NCBI GenBank assembly: GCA_963677485.1
Contig: OY781964.1
Coordinates: 1,600,001-1,664,000, forward strand
Direction: 5' to 3'
DNA: 64,000 nucleotides
Source: Armatimonadota bacterium
GTDB lineage: Bacteria; Armatimonadota; HRBIN16
Position 1 is the first letter of the stretch. Each line of letters opens with the position of its first letter. The notes below the pieces were generated by a model, which did no database searches, had not been told where the DNA came from, and saw only the letters and a program-made list of their open reading frames with translations. Made by a program: the position numbers and the translations under genes. Below, one piece after another: positions 57,807 to 64,000 of the stretch.

Positions 57807-58088
57807 ATGGAAGCGCCGACCTACCACATTCTCATTGACCAGGAGCCTACTGGCGGATTTTGCACCATCGCACCCGCTTTTCCTGGTCTTGAAGGGCATG
57901 GCGATACAGAAGATGATGCCGTGCAATCATTAGGTGAGCTCATATACACCGAACTCGAATTATGCATCTCCAATGGCAAACCGCTGCCTGAGGACGTTGA
58001 CGACTCTTGCCTGGACGATGAAGAAGAAGAAGATGGTGCCGAATGGGCTACCATCACCATTGACGGCCTCCCTGAAGGGGACCTTTAG
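57807..58088 (+). CDS. HicB-like (RNase H-like fold) small protein with acidic tail
   Basis: YHILIDQEPTGGF...PAFPGLEGHGDTEDDAV...GKPLP. Confidence 0.75.
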   Translation: MEAPTYHILIDQEPTGGFCTIAPAFPGLEGHGDTEDDAVQSLGELIYTELELCISNGKPLPEDVDDSCLDDEEEEDGAEWATITIDGLPEGDL

Positions 58089-58165
58089 CACGCCCTGACG
58101 CCACATGACCGCGAAACACCCTGCCAAAGATGAACCAAGGTTTACGCACATCACAAGGGGACCAA

Positions 58166-60388
58166 ATGAGAGATAATTCATCACAAAACCTCACATGGAA
58201 GCATTGGCTGCTGGCGGCGGTTTGCTTTAAGTTATTAGGGCTGGTTATCCTCTTCAGTTGCTTGTTTCAAGGCCGAATATGGCTGCCCACAGGTTTGCTC
58301 CATCACGTGATACCCGGCGTGCATGGGCCCACCCTCCCATGGAATGTACTGGGATGGGATGGGATGGCGCAGTTCGGCTCCTGGCGGATATGGTCTGGTC
58401 AGTGGATTTCCCATGGTGTGCTGCCGCTATGGAACCCCCACCAATTCGGCGGATATCCCTTGTATGCCAACTCTCAGTCCGCTCTTTTCTATCCGTTTAA
58501 CTCGGTTTTTGCCTTAGTTGGAGCGGGTGGCTTCGCGGTCACCGCTTTGATTCACATGATCATCGCCGGGTTGGGCGTATGGGCACTAGTTTGTTCCGCG
58601 GCCCGGTGCCGGTGGAGTGCAGGTATCGTGGCGGGAGCCATATTCATCCTGTCTCAGTGGTATATATCCTGGCAGTTTTTGCCTACCCTGCCCCAGAGCG
58701 CCAGTTGGATACCATGGATGCTGTATGCCGTGTGGATGCTCTGTCAGAAGCCAACCCCCGGTGCCGTCGCACTGCTAGGTGTCTCTGGAGCGATGTGCAT
58801 GTTGGCGGGTCACCTTCAGATTGCGTTTTGCGGTGTGATCGGCTCCCTCGTGATGGCACTGTGGCACCTCAATTGGAATGATCTGCGACGAGCTGGCGCA
58901 TCGATAGGCGCCTGTATCGGGGCCGGAGTATTGGCCTTCAGTCTGGCTGCCCCGCAATTGATACCGGCGGCAACCCTGGGCGGTCAGTCTAGCCGGAACA
59001 GTGCCGCCACCGAGGCAGGCTATCAAGCCTATGTTCAGGGTGGCGTCGCTCATGATATGTGGGGTATGCTGGCCTCACCCATGCTTTACGGCGATCCCAA
59101 CACAGGGTCGACAACCCAGCCTCACGCCAGCAGTTATGTTGGCACCATGCCTGCACCCGAGGCTGCGAGCTTCGTGGGAATCTGCGGACTGTTTATGGGA
59201 CTTGCGGGTCTATTTTTAAGAAAGCAACCCGGCCGAGGAGCCATGTTAAGCATCGCCGCACTTGCGATGTTACTGGCCAGTGGTTCTATCGTAAACAAGC
59301 TATTCTACTTTGGTATACCGGGTTTTGCCAGCAGCGGCTCACCTGGCAGGTCGTTGGTGTTGTGGGCACTAGGGCTGGCCGTGCTGGCCGGTTACGGCTT
59401 TGACGAATTGTGGCGTGTGGAGCGGAAAAGCGCCCTGTTGACCATCGGATTGGCACTGGCAGCCACAGCAGGAGCCATGGTATGCGGATCGTCCAGTATC
59501 CTTTCTATCACAACCCTTAGCGCGGCTCAAATGTGGCCCTACATCATGACCACTATGAGCACCAGCATACTGCTTGTGCTTATGCTCGCACTATGCAGTT
59601 CGCTGCCGATCATTGGCCGATCACTGGCGATACCGCTCTGTTGCCTCATTGTGATCGGTGAGCTGCTGTACTCCAGTGCGTCACTTAACCAGTCTGGCAG
59701 CCGCGAGCAGCTATATCCTGCGAACTCGGTAGTGAAGCAGCTTCAGCAACTGACACGTCAAGGTGAGCGAATCTATGTGGAGCAAGGCAGTTGGAGTTTA
59801 TCGACCTCACCAAAAGCGGTACTGCCCCCCAACCTCGCCACCATCTATGGGCTGTATGACCTGCAAGGCTACGACAGCCTGGCACCATCAAGTGCAAAGA
59901 GAATGCTTGACCGCATCGCTCGTCGTGACAGTGCCCCGCCAGAGAACGGCAACATGCAGCTTGGGTGGCCTGGAGCCGATAGAGAGCGTTTGCGCGAGAT
60001 GGGGGTCGGAGCCATCGTGCGATGGACGTCTAGCGGGCCAGTAGTCGAACGGCTTGCACATCCACGCTCCATCATTCAACAAGGTGACGTTGATCTACCG
60101 TATGAATGGAAAAGCCCCAACCAGATCAATTTCAAACGGCCGGCAGACAAAGGGCAGTTGCTGTTCGCGGCCCCCTTCTATCCCGGCTGGCAGGCTCAGT
60201 TGGCGTCCGGCAAGCTAGTGGCACTCAGGGGGTTTTCAAATGACCTGGTGGGACTGCCAGACGGTGAAGGCGTGGTGAGGCTACTGTTTCGCCCTGCAGA
60301 CCTTCGGGTTGGGTATGTTCTAGCGGGATTCGGTTTGGTCGTTTTGGTCACATTGCTGCTGCTGCAGCAAGTGAAGCTGCGAGCGTAG
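58166..60388 (+). CDS. YfhO-like polytopic membrane protein (GT-C type)
   Basis: PLWNPHQFGGYP...FYP, WIPW, LAGHLQ, LAAPQLIP, QGYDSL, FYPGWQA. Confidence 0.8.
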   Translation: MRDNSSQNLTWKHWLLAAVCFKLLGLVILFSCLFQGRIWLPTGLLHHVIPGVHGPTLPWNVLGWDGMAQFGSWRIWSGQWISHGVLPLWNPHQFGGYPLYANSQSALFYPFNSVFALVGAGGFAVTALIHMIIAGLGVWALVCSAARCRWSAGIVAGAIFILSQWYISWQFLPTLPQSASWIPWMLYAVWMLCQKPTPGAVALLGVSGAMCMLAGHLQIAFCGVIGSLVMALWHLNWNDLRRAGASIGACIGAGVLAFSLAAPQLIPAATLGGQSSRNSAATEAGYQAYVQGGVAHDMWGMLASPMLYGDPNTGSTTQPHASSYVGTMPAPEAASFVGICGLFMGLAGLFLRKQPGRGAMLSIAALAMLLASGSIVNKLFYFGIPGFASSGSPGRSLVLWALGLAVLAGYGFDELWRVERKSALLTIGLALAATAGAMVCGSSSILSITTLSAAQMWPYIMTTMSTSILLVLMLALCSSLPIIGRSLAIPLCCLIVIGELLYSSASLNQSGSREQLYPANSVVKQLQQLTRQGERIYVEQGSWSLSTSPKAVLPPNLATIYGLYDLQGYDSLAPSSAKRMLDRIARRDSAPPENGNMQLGWPGADRERLREMGVGAIVRWTSSGPVVERLAHPRSIIQQGDVDLPYEWKSPNQINFKRPADKGQLLFAAPFYPGWQAQLASGKLVALRGFSNDLVGLPDGEGVVRLLFRPADLRVGYVLAGFGLVVLVTLLLLQQVKLRA

Positions 60389-60489
60389 GGATTATCGGGC
60401 CTGGCGCGTAGCACGCATACGGAGCAGAATCCGGCGGATGGGACGGGTGCGACAGATAGTAATGGCGGGCAAACACGGCAGATCGTGGC

Positions 60490-60603
60490 GTGGGCGGGGA
60501 GACCCCGCCCCTACGGTGGCCACATCAGATCGTAGGGGCGGGGTCTCCCCGCCCTCACGTTCGTCCCGGCGATTACGAGAAGGGCGGTTCGCGAACCGCC
60601 CCT
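60490..60603. repeat. GTAG-type REP cluster flanking IS110
   Basis: gggcggggagaccccgcccctac...gtaggggcggggtctccccgccc doublet, then agggcggttcgcgaaccgcccct interrupted by the IS. Confidence 0.85.
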
Positions 60604-60616
60604 AGTACGCTATATA

Positions 60617-60817
60617 TGGTGAGCTCCCCGGACACCAAAAGCAGTCGGGGAGCTAATCTCACCCCTTAGCTGGGGGTGAAGGAGAAGGATTGGATGCCGG
60701 AACCGCCCCTGGTGGAAAACACCGTGACGTAGATAGGCATCCTTCTCCCAATCAACCCATATCGAACAGTATCTTGGGAGAAAACCCCGTGTTCGCTAGG
60801 CTGATTTGGTTGATTGC
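60617..60817 (+). ncRNA. Predicted IS110 bridge RNA
   Basis: Two 5' hairpins; target loop (stem ggagaagga..tgcc/ggcatccttctcc) containing gaaccgcccct and cgtag; donor loop (stem caatcaacc/ggttgattg) containing acagtatct and gctag. Confidence 0.85.
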
Positions 60818-60849
60818 ACCATCAATCACTACCAACTGGAGATTACCAC

Positions 60850-62142
60850 ATGCACGAAGTTGAAGACAAAATCTACATCCATTATGTCGGGATCGACATC
60901 TCGAAATTGACGTTTGACGCGTCTGTATTAGGTTCATCGCACAAGCCGATAGACCATAAGGAGTTCAAGAACAACAAGGCCGGATACAAGGAGTTGTTGT
61001 CATGGGTGAAGAAGCTTACCCGAACTCCCGCCTTGTATGCGGCTGAAGCCACCGGGCCTTACAGCCGACCGCTGCTTGATTACCTCTACGAGCACCAGCA
61101 CGATGCTGTCCAACTGGAGCCAAAACGGGTTCTCTATCACCGCAAAGCCAAAGGCTGGGAACAAAAGACGGACTGCTCTGACAGCGTGCTAATCGCTGAC
61201 TATGTGAAAAGTCACAATGTCTCACTCTATGTCCCTCGTCTAGCATGCTATGATGCGCTTATTGGTTACACCAATGACCGCCGTATGCTGGTGCAACACA
61301 GACAGGCGATCGCCCAGCGCCAAAGCTGTCGGCTTACGCGGAGCACAGTGCTGGACGAGATGATCGCTTTTCATGACATGGGCATCAAAAAGCTTGATGT
61401 TCAGATCAAAGAGCTTGTGATGAGTTCACCGCAGATGACCGAAGATATGGCTCTGCTGAAGAGCATTCCGGGTATCGGCGACGTCACAGCAAGCTATTTC
61501 CTTGCGAAAATCGGTGATGCTAAACGATTTGAAACATCGAAAGCGGTCGCGCGCTATTTCGGAATGAACCCCTGCCCGCAACGGTCAGGAAGCTGCAAGA
61601 CATACGACGGCTCCATATCCAAGATGGGTGACCGATATATGCGGACATTACTCTACTGTGGATCGAGCACTGTGGTGAAGATGGTCAACGGTAAGTCGAA
61701 AAAGCTTGGCCAGAGCATGCACGACTTCGTGAAGGAACTGCAGCATCCGAATTTGGTAAAGAATCCCAATAAGAAACCGAAGTCCAAGCGAGTTGTCCGG
61801 TGCGCAATCATGCGCAAGCAGCTGGTGCTCATGTGGTCGGTATTAATCAGCCGTCAGCCATATGATCCAAACTTCGGCATCGAACAAGCTTCAAATGCGG
61901 CCAACCAGCAACCGCTGACCGACGCGAACGGACATGTCCAGGATCGTGCCGGAGCGGCCCATGATATAGCCGGTGTAGGCAATGATCCTGGGCTGGACGT
62001 GAGCGTTCCAAGACGGGGATGCGTGGATGGAAATCCCACCAATGAGCCCACTCCTGCCGGCGGTGGTCGGCCCGCATCCCGAAACCGGCCATCGCGCAGT
62101 CGGGTGGGCAACAAACCGAGGGTTCTGACACCAGTATCCTAG
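60850..62142 (+). CDS. IS110 family DEDD recombinase/transposase
   Basis: VGIDISK, AEATG, KTDCSDS, SIPGIG, RFETSKAVARYFGMNP...SGS, SKMGDRYMR; start ATG 60850 behind GGAG. Confidence 0.95.
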   Translation: MHEVEDKIYIHYVGIDISKLTFDASVLGSSHKPIDHKEFKNNKAGYKELLSWVKKLTRTPALYAAEATGPYSRPLLDYLYEHQHDAVQLEPKRVLYHRKAKGWEQKTDCSDSVLIADYVKSHNVSLYVPRLACYDALIGYTNDRRMLVQHRQAIAQRQSCRLTRSTVLDEMIAFHDMGIKKLDVQIKELVMSSPQMTEDMALLKSIPGIGDVTASYFLAKIGDAKRFETSKAVARYFGMNPCPQRSGSCKTYDGSISKMGDRYMRTLLYCGSSTVVKMVNGKSKKLGQSMHDFVKELQHPNLVKNPNKKPKSKRVVRCAIMRKQLVLMWSVLISRQPYDPNFGIEQASNAANQQPLTDANGHVQDRAGAAHDIAGVGNDPGLDVSVPRRGCVDGNPTNEPTPAGGGRPASRNRPSRSRVGNKPRVLTPVS

Positions 62143-62413
62143 CTGCGGCAGTCTGCCGATAGCACGCATCGAAGCATAACGATATCTTTCGAAGCCACGA
62201 AGATGTCGCACGTTCGTTCGCGACTCCGAGCGTCATGTGAGGTGCTACGGACCAACTGATGCCATCTGAGCCTGTTTCTGTCGCGGATCCAGGTTTGGTC
62301 TATATGCCACAAACATCACATTAACGTTATTCTACGTGGTCTAGAGCCAGTGTCTGATATTCAGGTCCAAGTCCCCAGATTTGCCCCTGGGGACTTGACA
62401 AAAGCCACAGTAT

Positions 62414-64000
62414 CTACATTATCGTTATAGTATGCCTGCCCCTGCCCACCGGAATCAACAAAATGCCTGTATCGCCCTCGTAGCTGTTGGGCTGTTGGTA
62501 GGTATCGCCCACGGGTTTGCCGTCTACCGTGACGGACAGTGCCGACTTCACACCGGTGACCAGCACGGTGCCCTCATGCCAGAGCTCTACCGAAATCATG
62601 ACGCGGTTTGGGACCACGACTGGTCTGCCGATACGGCCTGGTGCGAACACGCTCCAGCCCCGCTCACGGATGTAGCTGTTATCGCCAATCGGGATGCCGG
62701 TATACAGCGGCGCGGCCTGACTCTGCACGGTGGCAGGGTTGATCGCCGGGGCGTTCGGTTTCTGTGGGATCAGCTCGATGGAGTCGGGCAGAAGTCCTTG
62801 CCAGTTGGGATTCACCTCGCGCTTTACTCCCTGTTGGATCGCGCTGATGGTGATTCCTCGCCAAATCTGATCCCAGGGCCCTTTGGTGTCTACCTGGGCC
62901 AGCTTGCGTACGGCATCGGCATACATCATGCCGCACCACTGCACCGGACGGCCCATCCAGTCCACCGACGTCCACTGCGTGGCTCCCCACACCGCGTTGC
63001 TGGCATACAGCCCAATCGGCCCATCCGTGGGTGGCACCAGGTAGAGGAACGGCACCCCGCTCCAGGCCCAGCGGATCGCCCGCTGCAGATACTTCTTATT
63101 GCCCGTCACCTGGTAGGCTTTCAGGTAGCACTCCACCAGTTGCCCGCTCGCCATGATATCTGGGCAATGGAGGGGCATCTCCCAGCCTGAGGCTCCGCGG
63201 GGGGCCGAGTTGTCGTAGCGGTCTAGAGCATCCGTGAGGCGAATGGCCTCGGCAAACAGCTTCGGATCACCCGTATACATCGCCTCCGTGTAGAGGTACT
63301 GCAGGGGTCGGCTTGCCAGACCGTTTGCGTGCCGCTCCCAGTGCGTGCTCGCAAGATCACGGCCTTCTGCAGGCTTGCCAAACAGACGGGTGCCGTCGGG
63401 CTCGAATGAGCGGATGTCAGCCAGCGCGGTTTCATGGGCGAGGCTGCGATTTTGGGCGATACCGCCAAAAACCAGCGTTTCGGCATAGGTGCGGATATGC
63501 CCCACAGAAGCCGCGTAGTATTCGCCCGGGTTTACTAGTTTCAGTGAACCCTCAGCGTTGTTGCGAAGCCGGCTGGCCAGACCAGCGTCCTGCACCTTGT
63601 CTGCCAGCCAGAGCTGCATCATGGTAGCATCCGCGGCGGGCTTGGTCGGCCACGGAGTTCCCGGTCCGGTGGCGTGCCGGTATTCACCCGCCTCCTGGAT
63701 GTCGGTGTCCAGCCAGCCGTGGGCCGTCAGGCGGGCATAGGACTTCAAGTCATATCCGCTGTCAGGCAACTTCGGCAGTCCGAAAAGCTGCACCCATCGC
63801 TGCATCGCGGTCAACACGTCGGGTGATTCGCCAGCCATGATCCACGCGGTGATGGTGATGGGCGTGTTCGCCTTGATCTCATCGGGCATGCGGCTGAGCA
63901 GCTCACCCGGAGGTAGTGCCTGCGGGTTGCGCTCGGTTTTGTAGAAATCGCTGACCAGCAAGCCCATCACGTGGCTTTTCGAGTTGAACTGCCGATCGGG
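62414..64000 (-). CDS. Hypothetical protein (alpha/alpha-toroid glycan-active-like), 5' end outside the window
   Basis: Frame stays open to 64000; PRGASGWEMPLHCPDIMASG, AYQVTGNKKYLQRAIRWA, PVQWCG. Confidence 0.7.
   Translation of the reverse strand, partial: PDRQFNSKSHVMGLLVSDFYKTERNPQALPPGELLSRMPDEIKANTPITITAWIMAGESPDVLTAMQRWVQLFGLPKLPDSGYDLKSYARLTAHGWLDTDIQEAGEYRHATGPGTPWPTKPAADATMMQLWLADKVQDAGLASRLRNNAEGSLKLVNPGEYYAASVGHIRTYAETLVFGGIAQNRSLAHETALADIRSFEPDGTRLFGKPAEGRDLASTHWERHANGLASRPLQYLYTEAMYTGDPKLFAEAIRLTDALDRYDNSAPRGASGWEMPLHCPDIMASGQLVECYLKAYQVTGNKKYLQRAIRWAWSGVPFLYLVPPTDGPIGLYASNAVWGATQWTSVDWMGRPVQWCGMMYADAVRKLAQVDTKGPWDQIWRGITISAIQQGVKREVNPNWQGLLPDSIELIPQKPNAPAINPATVQSQAAPLYTGIPIGDNSYIRERGWSVFAPGRIGRPVVVPNRVMISVELWHEGTVLVTGVKSALSVTVDGKPVGDTYQQPNSYEGDTGILLIPVGRGRHTITIM

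Larger units (their letters stand above)
60602..62415 (+). mobile_element. Complete IS110-family element flanked by CT cores
   Basis: Left junction gaaccgccc-CT-agtacgc, right junction cacagtat-CT-acat; removing the element restores REP ...gaaccgcccCTac. Confidence 0.9.

Overview
Chromosomal window from a moderately GC-rich diderm bacterium. An Armatimonadota-like lineage is inferred from SLH+beta-barrel envelope proteins, a GlmL-like ATPase and many secreted glycan-active hypotheticals; this is not verifiable here. It contains housekeeping, transport and carbohydrate genes (GH29, GH1, araB, pyrE, gcvH, tatC, RND and MATE efflux). Four things stand out. (1) A tandem array of four SLH-coiled-coil-beta-barrel (OmpM/SlpA-like) genes plus one barrel-less double-SLH gene; each full-length gene has its own extended -10 promoter and a 220-280 nt leader carrying the same covarying bulged hairpin (AGAG-GWAA-CC-N6-GG-CUCU), a candidate undescribed cis-regulatory RNA. 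(2) A complete IS110 element (60602-62415) whose bridge-RNA guides, CT cores, REP target and junction promoter can be read directly from the sequence. (3) An output-less pseudo-receiver/PAS/GAF/PocR protein next to a hybrid kinase, with a candidate pair of docking helices. (4) Intergenic spaces filled with several families of modular palindromic REP/REPIN-like repeats, including tandem arrays with 165, 207 and about 380 bp periods. All calls come from reading motifs by eye; no database search or folding was run.
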